Below are positions 1 through 11,732 of a stretch of DNA of 64,000 nt, piece by piece. The position numbers and the translations under genes are program-made. Origin of the DNA: Ptychomitrium polyphyllum (Eukaryota). The stretch covers positions 7,936,001 to 8,000,000 of the forward strand of contig OZ316776.1 of NCBI GenBank assembly GCA_973851085.1, read 5' to 3'. Every line of letters begins with the position of its first letter. The stretch's first letter is position 1. The notes beneath the pieces were generated by a model. That model did no database searches. It saw only the letters and a list, made by a program, of their open reading frames with translations, and was not told the DNA's origin.

Positions 1-316
1 GATTTATGCATATTTCGAGTTGGATTATGTGTGAATTGTCCACCTTGATTGATGCCTTTATAGAAAAGAGACATTTTTCTACAAAGAGCAGTGCGAATAT
101 TTTTACTAAAGTCTTGATCCATAGTTCCTGATTAGTGCTACTCTCGATGCCTTTTTTGATTTAATAAAATAAAATAAAAGAGACTAGATTAGAATACCAT
201 ATGTTCTTTTCTGTTTATTAAACGTAAAATGAATTCAAATTCTTTTCCCTAGCAAGATCTCTGTTGGTTACAGGTACTGGGAAGGATCCTTAAAGGTCAG
301 CTGCATGTGAATGCAG

Positions 317-505
317 GAGATGAAGTTGCTTGCTGAGGTCGACCAACCAGGCAGCCGGATAGACCGGTATGTGTCTCAGCTGAACTATGTACTCTCGCAC
401 AAAATTGCTGGCATTGTCAACCTGCAAGCAAGACTGGCCAGATTTCAGCGGCATTTGAAAGAGCAGGAAATTTTAAGTCGCGCTGGTGGGCTTCGGCAAA
501 TCTAG
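317..505 (+). CDS. Kinesin-13 family motor, terminal exon (gene begins upstream of window)
   Basis: After acceptor TGCAG (312-316) the exon reads EMKLLAEVDQPGSRIDRYVSQLNYVLSHKIAGIVNLQARLARFQRHLKEQEILSR, the conserved C-terminal coiled coil of plant kinesin-13; TAG at 503-505. Confidence 0.88.
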   Translation, partial: EMKLLAEVDQPGSRIDRYVSQLNYVLSHKIAGIVNLQARLARFQRHLKEQEILSRAGGLRQI

Positions 506-3189
506 CCCCTCAGGTGCCGTTATAGAAGCTCCACCTCTTGATGGTCTGGCATATCTTTCGTTCGTACTGGTAAAACCCAGTAAGTGCCTCAGATAACAGG
601 CTGTTTGTGCCTGTTTGTTGTTGTCCTTTTACTCATGTTAGTCTTCCTGCGGAGGACGTTAAATCTGGCTAGGGTCTTTGGAGCAAGGCATGCTGCTGGC
701 ATATATTAGTTTTCGGATACAGTCAAGATGATTGGACTGGACAAAGAGCCTTAGTAGGAGGCTTGTTGTCAGGCCAGAGTGGTTATATAGCTGCTGCTAA
801 GGTCACAGTAGCTCGTAATACTCCTGAATGTGTTTGTTAAGCTTGCTCGCAACTGCACCAAAGGTCTTACGTCCAGCCATGTAGTTTGTATTTGAAAATA
901 GCCAAAGTTTATGTGCATCTTTGTATCAAACATTGAAACATATGTCCTCATTTTCTTCTAGGGTTGCTACAATTCCATTGTGGCGGTTACGTTAAATTGT
1001 CGAGTTCACTGCTGACCGGCAAATGAGCTTATTGTATCTGAAAATTTAGAAATTCTGAAACTATTCCTTGAAGCCCAATCATTCTGTGATTGTGCACGAT
1101 GGAATGTCTACATGGCACAGGTTGCTTTAAAGACTTTTTACACTGTCTGCGGTACAAAATTGCACGTGATTGTGACCTGCGGCCACATTGTTGTCAAGAT
1201 TTAGGATATAGAAAGATAAACCATGTATGTGATTTCTGTTTGGTCTCTAAATTTCACATCATGGGAGCCTTAGATTGACGAAACTGCTAGGTATTAAATA
1301 ATCTGTGACATTGAAGTGAATTCTAGTTTCCAAACTACATATCAGCAGGCTGTGTAAGTAGAGAGTAAGAGCAGCAAAATCATGAGATGCTGCATACGAG
1401 ATGTAATTTATGTGTAAGAGGTGTTTAGTACCAATGGTGACGTAGGGTGAATGTAAGGATTGCTGAGACTAAATTATTAATGAGTACAGTATCAGCACAT
1501 AATTTCTATTGACACTCAAACACGGCATTGAATTTTCATTTAGGAAATTGTACCATTGCTTACTAGCACCTTCGACACTTGCATTGTTGTCACTGTGTTT
1601 TTCCACCCTTCTTATACTATCACAACCTGACTCTTTGAGGAGGACCTAAATTTCTGACAAATTCTCTCAAAAGGCAGAGTTCAATAAATTTTATAGAGTT
1701 ATTTGTAAGTTCATCTTCTTTGGAATACAATAATTGACACCTTCAAAAAATAAAGGTGCTACCAAAACTACCAAAAATAGCCAAAAATGGGTCCATCTAT
1801 AATACTTCACCTTACAAGACAATAAATCATGATCTATAGAACGGATGTCCTACACTAAAATTGGGTTGTAGATCCAATTTTTGAAAAGAAAAAGCTTTCA
1901 AAAAATATGCTCATCATCCAAAATTGGAATCACATATATTTTGTGTTTCTACTTTACAAATTTAAGAAGGATTAATTTAACAAGATCCATCTTTTTTACT
2001 TCACAAAATGGATGAATGATCAAGATGAAGTCTATAAGTGATATTATTAATGGCATTTTAGTTGAGGAAAAGATCAAGTTTACAAATTTTTTATTACCAC
2101 CTTAAATTACAATAGTAACATTCAAATAAAATTAATAAATCTACATCCTATGGACACTACTATAGCCTTTTACATCATCTTTTTAGAAAGTTTTGTTATT
2201 TATATTTAAACTTTAATTATGTTTTTAAACTTTAATGTTTTCATAATTTCAACTGACTTCTATAACAATGTACACTTGATAAAACCATATGGATTTGTAA
2301 TTGATGGAAAGCACTCAATCTAATACTTACTATTATGTGATATGGCATTTATTATCAAGCAACATTAGATGAATGCAAAGTAGCTCAATTTAGGGAGCTT
2401 TTTGTCCATCTAGTATGAACTCCATATTAGTTGCTCTTGTTAGTGCCAATTGGGATTTGGAATGGATATTAGATGGAGAATACTCTTTTGGCTTAGTATC
2501 TTGTCAAACCAAGTTTTCTAAGTGTCTTTTAGAGATTTTCTTGATGTGATTTTGCTTTAAAATGGTGATTTAGTCATTTAACAAAATTTAAAGTTTTTCT
2601 TATTATTTACATTTTCAGATCCTTCCTATGAGAAGTGAGAGTTCTTGACTTATATGATATGATTTCTTATTTTTCCTTGTATATATATTTGTTATGCATT
2701 TAAAATCTTCAACTTGGATAAGAAGTTAATGTTAAATAAACTCTCAAAATGATTATAAATGGAATTTAAAGATTCTAAATTTTTAAAACTTTAAAAAACA
2801 TGGTATGATTAAGATTGAAATTTTAGTCAATAACAAATTATAAAGAATGGTATAAAGTGTTTTATTATTCATTATTTTTCTTAAAAAATTCTATAGATTT
2901 ATTAACCTTTAAAAAGATTTAACATAAAATCCATCTTTTCATAAGAATTTGACTAATAAAATGGAATTATAACAGATGTAGACAAGTCATTTTAAATAAA
3001 GCGCATCATTGTTATTGAGCCTTAATAGAAATGCCAAAAATTTGAGGTTGCTTTGCAATGAGATGGATTTGCCTTTCCATATATTTTGGTAGAAAATCAC
3101 ATTATTTGAACATTATTATAATTTGGTTTTTGTAAAATCCAATTTTTTTCATAAAGTTTTATATTTTAATTTTCAAAATTGAATGTAAA

Positions 3190-3447
3190 AATACAGAAAT
3201 AGGGCTTTCAATACATTTGAATCCTTTTAAAAAACATAATCCACCATTTGCCAAATTCATAGAAAGATGCCACCAATTCAAAGGAACTATGGCTTTAAAC
3301 TTTAATATTATTATTGTTAATCAAATGACAATAATATTCAAATTTTGAAGCCATAATTTTGATCAAATAGTGGTATTTCTTTATGAATTTGGCAATTAGA
3401 GTTTGTTAAAAAGATCTAAATTTATTAAAAACCTTAATTATATATAT
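3190..3447. mobile_element. Fold-back (MITE-like) element, copy 1
   Basis: Long imperfect palindrome centred near 3320: TTGCCAAATTCATAGAAAGATGCCACCA pairs with TAGTGGTATTTCTTTATGAATTTGGCAA, and TATGGCTTTAAAC pairs with TTTTGAAGCCATA. Related copies lie at ~42.3 kb and ~59.5 kb. Confidence 0.6.
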
Positions 3448-4498
3448 AATGACCATAAAAGAATAAGTATTGCAAGAAGCCGCATTAATTTTTAGTTGAA
3501 AAGTTTTGATAAATGAAGATTCAATTGTAGCTCTTCAATACATCTTTCCAAATTTAAAATTAAGTTATATTTGATAACTTGTATCATATGCAAATACTAT
3601 AAAATTATGTATGATTTAAAAAACTTATTTATAGAATATATCACTTAAATGCAAAAATTTAGGATGCACTTCCACATGGTCCATAAGTTGTATTACAAAT
3701 ATAAAATGCTAAGGTTTAAGTAGTTCTTAAAACATGATAGAATTTGGAGAATATTTAAGTTCTTCTAAAAAATTTCAATTTGGAAATTAAAAGATTGGTT
3801 ATTTAAAGCCTAAAAGACTTTTTATGAATACCACCATTTAGACTTTGAAAACACCAAATCCAATTTCAAAACAATTTTATAATGTATTCATGGATTGAAG
3901 AAGTAAGGCTTTAGACTTATAACCCTTTCCTCATCCTAAGTCCTTGAATCAACCAACAAGAATATTCCTAAACATTTGCCTAGGAACAACAAGAGGAATT
4001 GACATCATGTCCAATAACCCTTCCATTAGCTTCTTGGTTGCTGAAAAAAAATTCAAAGTATAAAGACTTCATTTGAAAACATGAATGATAAAACTATCTT
4101 AGACCTCACGTGTTTGTGTGGTCTACGTAAGCATTTGATCATCAGATTGATGGCTTAATCGAGATGGTTTCCAAATCAACATTCTTTCACTGTAATCAGT
4201 AATTAAGTTGACGCTGAATTAAAATTTTAAAAATACTGCTTTCGAATTTTACAGACCTAACAACTTCTGTTGCTGTTGTGACTATTTTCTCTCTACCTGA
4301 TTGATGATCACACAATGCTGGCTGAGGTTATGGACTTGCACCATAACCATTTAGTTAGCACTTGAAAGTGGGCATCGGTTGATACTGAGCTAGCCAAGTT
4401 GGGCGAACCACAACTCCGATAAAACAACCGGTTGGAATGAAATGTCAACCGTCGTGGTGACTCCTCATGCCTGCTAACTTCTAGTTTCTAGGATCCAC

Positions 4499-4505
4499 TA
4501 TATAA
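4499..4505 (+). promoter_or_regulatory. Putative TATA box of the nsLTP locus
   Basis: TATATAA about 135 nt upstream of the nsLTP ATG (4639), followed by a C/T-rich leader. Confidence 0.45.
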
Positions 4506-4638
4506 TTCTCCAGAGATCTCCATCAAACCACCTTAAGCTTCATTAGCTTCACTTGTTCTAGTTGATCTCCATTTTGCACAGTCTGCAGTTGAGTGCACTC
4601 AGCAGCGGAGTTGATTCCCAGCAGTACTCTCCTTCGCC

Positions 4639-4948
4639 ATGGCACGATCATCAAAGCGCATCGCTGGAGCTCTGGGTCCTTGTGTGCTGGTAGTGATGGC
4701 TACGGTGACAGACGCAAGCGCTGCGAGAGTGTGCAGCCCCAGTGCGTAGCATCCATGCCTAAGTGCCATTCTGCGAGCTCGCCCTCCTTGGTCCACCAGA
4801 CAGTGCTGCAGTGTGGGGAGAAGCGTCGACAAGATTTGCATGTGCAACCAGGTCAAGTCATCCTCAGTTTCTGCGCAAAGGATACAAAATGGATTGCAGC
4901 TGCCCATTAAGTGTGGTCGCACGGATCTGCGTAGTTTCGAATGTGGAC
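4639..4948 (+). pseudogene. Non-specific lipid transfer protein (8-cysteine motif, type D-like) pseudogene
   Basis: Reads MARSSKRIAGALGPCVLVVMATVTDASAARVCSPSA*HPCLSAILRARPPWSTRQCCSVGRSVDKICMCNQ...LPIKCGRTDLRSFECG: signal-peptide-like start plus the C..C..CC..CxC..C..C motif. In-frame TAG at 4747-4749. The position 4 nt after the last Cys codon, where a donor is expected, reads ATAAGT (4949) instead of GTAAGT. Confidence 0.8.
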
Positions 4949-5801
4949 ATAAGTACTCAACGCACTGGATCGTGTTGTCCATACTGAAATCTGTAAGCTG
5001 AACCAGATGCACGGTGAACTTTGCCGGTCTACCTTGCTACATTGTGCAGCAGTAACAGTGGAGACTGATCATCCTGGAGATATCACTGGTTACTTCAGAA
5101 AACAAACCGGTGTACTGCCATTTTAAGTTCTTAATTCAAGTGGGATATGAAAATTAGCTTGGAATAGCCCTTTTGGGTTGCTTCTGCGTTCAGTGCTTCA
5201 TAGTTGAATGTTTCTCCTGGTCTGAATTGAAGTTTCCTTTTGAGACGTGTGGCCCCAATTCGCATCGGGTTCAATAATTATAGCAGTTCCTTAGATGCAC
5301 GTCATTCCCAGAGAGTGCAAGGATGTTTGACACCAGTTAAAAGCTGGTGAGAGAAGTGGACACGAAGGGCAGACTTCCAGTAAATTTCACTCTAAGGAGA
5401 GCTTTAGAGTCCTGTACAATCTCGAATTGTGAAGCTATTTGTTACATCTTTACACTTTCACTGCGTGGGTCTCTACTTCATAAGTTTCTCAAGTAATTCT
5501 TTCAATCTAAACCAAATTAGCGTTGTACAAACGGCACCAACAGATGTGAGACAGTCCTAAAATTCTGCGTCGTCCGTCGTTACCTCAGAATCTCATAACC
5601 ACTTCAACAGAAATCCTAATGTACACTTTGTGCATTTAAGCACAAGCGATTCGACAGATAATCTACCGAATTTGGAAACCCTATCTGCTCATCAGCAGGA
5701 AAGTTCACAGCGTCGACTTTCACTTAGAGTGAAGAGATTCTTAAGGCGTTGGTGAAGGAAGAAGGAAAATTTTCTGTTCCTACATTCCTCATACCCTACT
5801 G

Positions 5802-6272
5802 ATGTCCTGGTTCACTCAATTGGATCCATCCCTGTTTCAAGCTGTCCCATACCGCAAATCCGAACGTCTTCTTGCAAATATCCGACACAAACATGTTGCG
5901 ATTGAACGCCAGCACCACGGCGACTTACATCATTGCGTCTTCGGGGTGAGGAAGAATGAGAATGAGTGGCTCCGTTTGCAAATACTTGCATCGAATGCAA
6001 TCTGTGAGATACGGCGACCCCGCGAACTCGTCAACCACGACCGAAACCTTGATCCAAAGTCTGCCAGACTCTACAACATTGTGGCTGGACATGAAATTCA
6101 GGATTTGGGTCACGACGGGATTGAAGATTATAGCGCTTCTTGCAAGTTGCGATGTGTCTATTTGAAAACATGGTCCTATACTGTACACTCGGGACTGCGG
6201 ATGCGCCTCGTACAAGGCATTCTTATCGGTCGTGATTGCGATCCGGATCTGCAATTACGACAAGGCCACTAG
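5802..6272 (+). pseudogene. Degenerate receptor-like protein kinase domain fragment
   Basis: The ORF keeps RLK-like motifs in order: LANIRHKHV (cf. IRHRNLV), HGDLHHCVFG (cf. NGSL..HLFG), W-LRLQI (cf. W..RLKI), HDRNLDPKS (cf. HRDIKSSN), IQDLG (cf. ISDFG), DYSA (cf. GY.APE), YTVHSG (cf. T.KSDV), ILIGR (cf. ELLTGR). Catalytic residues are corrupted and segments are missing. Confidence 0.55.
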
Positions 6273-7277
6273 TAGAAACGCGCCAAGTCCGCAACTATCT
6301 ACAGTAGTGTAGCCCAACGAATCCAGCACAAGAATTGTCCTTGCTCTCGTTTGGAGCCTTCTACTTGTAAAAACCTCTGTGCTAACATTAGGAGTGAACA
6401 CACAGGTGAGTCTACTACAATCAACTTTGCTCTGAGGAGATCCGTAGAGTTTATTATCAGCTCCAACGTAAAGCGATCCTTTAGCATTACACTTTCCGTA
6501 CAAGCACGGTTAAAACTAAACACACCTCCACAAAGTTCGGAAGATCTACTAAGACACAGGGCATCTCGTAGTGCAGAATTTAAACAATATCCAGAATAAA
6601 ATTCTTTCATAGGGTGACTTTGTCTCAGAGTAAAGTTCGATCTCTCATCATTACCTCACGTGCCTACTTCAACTACAGAAGGACCCGCGTTCAAAACCAA
6701 TCGATTTGTTTATTATTACCGGTGGTCAAGACCACTGCAAATAAACACGATTATCAGCACAGAATCAACTCAAAGTTGAGAATCATATGGTACTTAAAAC
6801 TACAAAATATGCAAAGGTCACATCATAACATATATTCTTCATATCCTGAAGATGTGTGATGCCTAATGCTCAATGCCCATTACATAATTCCTGAAGTTCA
6901 GATCTAGGATACCTCTGGCCCACTGAAAAATATGTCGCACTTCACGTTACATTTAATTGATGAATACCTCGAACAAGAATGCGTCCAAGTGTGTACATCT
7001 GCATCTGACGGATACTGCACATCTACAAGAAGGAAAAATCTACCTCCCACTTCAAAAGTGCATGCACATTATTCAAGTGTAGTGGAGGTGAACTTTTGTG
7101 CACCACAATGTGATCAGAACTTGGCACCTGTATCTAAGGGAAGCGCTTCGTGAAATTGACATTGTCTGATCACTTCAAGGTACGCATCTCTACATGTCTA
7201 TCCCAGCAATCATGGAGAATGAGAAGGTTGGATGCTCGGAGTATGATGGTTGAACTCGATCGATATTAACATTGAAT

Positions 7278-10200
7278 TTAAATTATCCGATTCCTGATGT
7301 CTTCAAGCTTCTTCAATATTTCACCTGGGGTTCGATCAAGATCATCGGCAATTTTTCTTTGCAATTCCGACGTAAGCGTTGGATACTGCTCACATAAATC
7401 CCCATCAATTACATCCTGCAATCCCCAAGCAAAAAATTGCGATCTAAATGAAAGAATATTCAGTGTTTTCGCAGCACAAACATCCTGTCAAAGAGATTTA
7501 AGAATACTTTTTATTCTATCAAACAAGTGTAGGCAAGAAAGGAGAAACATACCTTTACAGGAAAATAAGCAGATCGAAATGCCATATGATCACGGCCACA
7601 CAGAGGCGGATTTTCTTGTCGCAGGTGCATCTCAAGATGAGAGAAGAAGTCCACATCTTCACGGGATGAAAATGGCAACAGAGCTCCTACGCTTCCCATA
7701 ATAGTCCCGTAAAGCACACTTTCTCCTCCACCTGGAATAAGTGATGCTTTCTGCAAACTAGTGACGACCTCTCCAACGTGGAACTGAATAATCTCCTCGA
7801 CCTTGTTTGGTGCACCATTCAATCGACCTTGTTCCCATTTGATTTTACCTCCCGTAGGATCATCTTCTATCTCCTCTGAAACATCTTGAGGTAACCGCAT
7901 AACATATACATTACCGAACTTGTCTGCTCCCGCCATAGTGTCAAAATCAATGTGAAGTGACGCAGTTAGCCACCTTGGACAGCTATCATCCGCAAAAGTA
8001 TACAACTGATTCTCATCCCGTCGGTACTTCACATAATGAAATGACTGCGTTACCAAAAAAACACTTGATCAGAACAACTAGAATCTTCTTGCCACACATA
8101 AACAAAAGTACTATAATTGAACTTACAACAACGCATCCTTCCATGGTTCCATGGATGGGTCAGACACAATTTCCCAAGAAAGGGCATCCATTAGCTAACT
8201 GGCTATCATATTAATCATCAGGTTCAGTTAGTGAAGTAAACAGACACGAGATATGTTTGAAAAGTCAGACACATACCTCTTGAATATCACCCACGTATAT
8301 TCTGTCGCCGTAAGTGTGAATAGCAATAATCGTATTGGGAAAATTTTTATTCTCACATTTCCGTAGCAGCTTCCTTTTCCCAAGATCATAAATTCTCAGC
8401 ACCTGACCTACTCCGACCAGAAGTCGACCTTGGAACTGACACAATGCTGTAGGAACCCCATCAACTGGAGTCTTATGCACAAGTTCAAGCTTCCCCTCTT
8501 CCACAAACCTGTACATGTGTATAAAACCACCTGACGCCTCTTTCTTTGGCATAAACTGCAAATCTTTAGCTGTTCCTACAGCTATGAGGGTCCCTAATTC
8601 CTTGTTGTCGTGGAAATTAACAGCACAAAGGCTGAAGGCTGCTTCATTTTCTTGCAATTCCAGAAGACACGTGGTTGTGCTAGTCCTTGGATCCAGTACC
8701 CTAATGCACGACGCCCACTTGTTCGGCTCTGCTTTCGGGTAGCCATATTGCTCATCAGGAAGAAGATCTTCGTTCTCTTCGTCAGGCATTTCTTCGTCCT
8801 CTCCCTCCGTTCTTCCGTTTTCATGACCACCTGTAGCAAAGAGAGAAACCAGTCCGTTTCAGAAATAAGTCATTGATAACCGAATATATACAATACGTGC
8901 GCCCGTATGGAATAACCCATTAAGTGATTAGGCACTGTTAGATGTGTCAGTGGAAAGCTCAGCTAGAAGCACAACGACAGACATTCGAAATGATAAAAGG
9001 GTGAAAGCAATTTAAATGACATAGCTAAAGGTAGGAAGACATGATACACCGCAGGCTCTTAGCATAATCATCTAACTTGCCTAACTAAAGAAAAAGACCT
9101 AATTGGCGAGTAGACATTGCCTAGCAACCTTCACTTGCATAAACCTTGAGAGAGGACGTAGAGAGCTATATAGCACTCACCTCCAGCCTCCACTGCTTCC
9201 TTTTTGTTCACATCCCGCTCTTCGGTTGTCAAAGCACCTTGATCACTCTCGAGGATGATAAAAGACTTCTGCTTAGGATGAAGAATGAACTTGCGAGGAG
9301 TGTAACGGAGGGGCACAACTGTTTGATTGAATGTCTCGCCGAGTCTCTCAATAGTAAAGACACGAAGGGCATCCCCTGCCACTGCCACGACACCTTCTGC
9401 ACACTGATCTGAGGAAAACGATGCGGCATACTCCAAGGTTTCATATGACAAAGGCGTCAATAAGAAGTGACCTTGATGAATATAACCAAGCCAGGGCCTG
9501 CTGGAAAGACACAGCATTGCCCTCCTGCCCCTGACTAGAGCAGAGAAGAGCTTGGGGGCACGCAAACCTAGAAACCGTGTCCGTGTGTCTGACAGCTGTC
9601 CAGTCACCATATCTACCTCGGTCCTGAGCAACACTCCGTTTTGCAGCCCAGCATTGAGAAAGACACTTGCTGGGTGATCTGCACCATCTTCACCTCCTGT
9701 TGAAGCCTGCACTTCAAGGAGGAGGAGTGACTCCGGTGGAGATGAGACAGCTTGCACGCTCAAAATCTGCATACAGTCGTCTGGATCTAGAGAGAGGATT
9801 CGAATTGTACTGTCGTAAGAACCGACCGCTAAGAACCGCGACCTTTGACGGCCTTCAGGCACAGGTGCAATGTCAAGACAAGCAACGTCCCCTGTCATAT
9901 CCCGCTTCTCAATTTCCATCAATTGACCCGACATGTCCATCTCAAAATAGATAAGTTCCCCTCCACTAAGAGCAATAACCACCTGCATCCGATTGAATCC
10001 GACCTTCACAATGGTCTTCTTTCCGGGTGTTTTCCACTCATTGATGCGCCCATCGGCCCTGATATGACGAATACCACTTGGATGCACTTGCATGAAAGAG
10101 TCGTCACCCAGTAACGAAATTGCTAGGGAAGGAGTTGTGTCCAAGAAACCACTGTCACTTACTTCCTCCACAGTCTCTCCAATAGAGAGCACCAGTGTAG

Positions 10201-11638
10201 CGTTTACAAAGGACACGACAATGTAAGCATCAAACTCATCATTAGCGTGCTTCTTGACGGTCCACACAGCACTTGGAACGCCGGGAAGCTGAGACACGGC
10301 CATCTCTGTCACGGCGAGACCAGGACGTAGGATGCGCAGAGATGACCTCGGACCCCTTCCACAGAGGGAGAAAATCTGTGGAGTCTCTTCTTCAAAAAGA
10401 TTAGCGACCTTCATGTCCATAATAGGCATCAAACTCTCAACGTCGTCGATTTGCACCAGATTCTTAAGTTTTCTGGGCATGAAGAAAACAGGCTGGTAAC
10501 CCTCTTCAGTTTCCACAAGAGTTGAGGACGACGACTCTACCTCAGGATCTTCACCAATGCTTTGGAACTGATACAAAGAATGGTTTCCGAACTCTGAGGC
10601 AGCAAAGAGAAAACCGGATTTTAGAACGCACATTGCGGATGTCACAGGGATGGTGTCGAAGTACTTAATTTTCAACTCTGTCACTTGATCGTCCTTGTCA
10701 TATACCAAGGTGGCCTTGAAAACGTCACCGTATTCCGTTTGCAACAGGAAGAAAAACAGGCCTTTCTGCTTGTGAGTAGCAGCAGAAATTATCAATACCC
10801 CTCTATGCGGCGGCAAGTCCTGCCGTCGCGGAATGACTGCACGAACATCAGGCTGGTTCTGATTTTTGTATATAACAAAATTCTCCGCACAAACGAGCAC
10901 CCCACTTGGTCCATCCCCTCCACCAGGTACAGTGACCAACATGTTAGCTCCATTATCAATAGGCTCCGTCCACTTCCTCACAACATGGTTGAGCCCTAAA
11001 TCGAGCTCGTAGAACGTCAGATGCTTCTGTGCTTCATTTGCAGCTTGCCCTGTCGAGTCTTGGTCTGCTTCCGAGTAATCCAACTCAATGGCTGCGAAAA
11101 TAGGGTTATCAAAACCACAGTCGACACCAGTGATAGAATAGACTATAGTATGGGACTTGTGAGCCTCCAGGGGAGACGAGATGGTGAGGCGCGCAGCATT
11201 GTCACGATTCAGCACATACACCAGCTTCTGCTTCTCACAAGCGCCAATCATAACAGCTCGCCCCTTGGGGTCCACAGCCAGGTACTGACCTGGCACAATC
11301 CTCCGAGATCCCGATTTCCCAAACGTCTCCTGATGAACCTTCTCAAATACATTCTTCTCTTTGTTATACTCAAGAATCACAATACGACCAGAATCAGAGC
11401 CTACTACAATGTAATCCTTCTGCGACCCCGTGAGCCGAAACTGCGCCAACGACCGTATAGTTCCGAATATCTCCACCGAGAGCAGCGTCTGCAGCTTCCC
11501 GTTGTCGTCCGGCCGCAGCAAGTCCAGCACCTTCCCTCTCGCTACCACAATCTCCTGCGTCTTCCCACCTGTGAAGTTGCCATACGTCGCACAGACTATT
11601 CCCGTTGCCTGCTGCAACGTCAAACTATACAAAAACAT
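7278..11638 (-). CDS. SF3B3: Splicing factor 3B subunit 3 (SAP130/Rse1)
   Basis: Starts MFLYSLTLQQATGI and contains HQETFGKSG, RTRFLG and HLEMHLRQE, ending DRTPGEILKKLEDIRNRII*. GT-AG exons: 11638-9181, 8830-8277, 8044-7553, 7415-7278. Confidence 0.97.
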
Positions 11639-11710
11639 CGCCCTCCAACCTCCACCGCTGCTTCCAGAGCTCCCTGATAAAAAAAGTATAGTAACCGCGA
11701 ATGGTAACTT

Positions 11711-11732
11711 AACCCCTAAACCCTAAACCCTA
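11711..11732. promoter_or_regulatory. Telo-box array (AAACCCTA) upstream of SF3B3
   Basis: AACCCTAAACCCTAAACCCTAG, with another AAACCCTAG near 11914. It lies in a probable 5'UTR intron on the minus strand (donor 11996, acceptor 11674). Confidence 0.65.

Noticed and set aside
5925..6610. Minus-strand ORFs of 109, 82 and 103 aa
   Set aside because: No recognisable motifs; the plus-strand kinase-like reading explains 5802-6272 better.
9146..11726. Plus-strand ORFs up to 218 aa over SF3B3
   Set aside because: Antisense shadows of a long coding exon.
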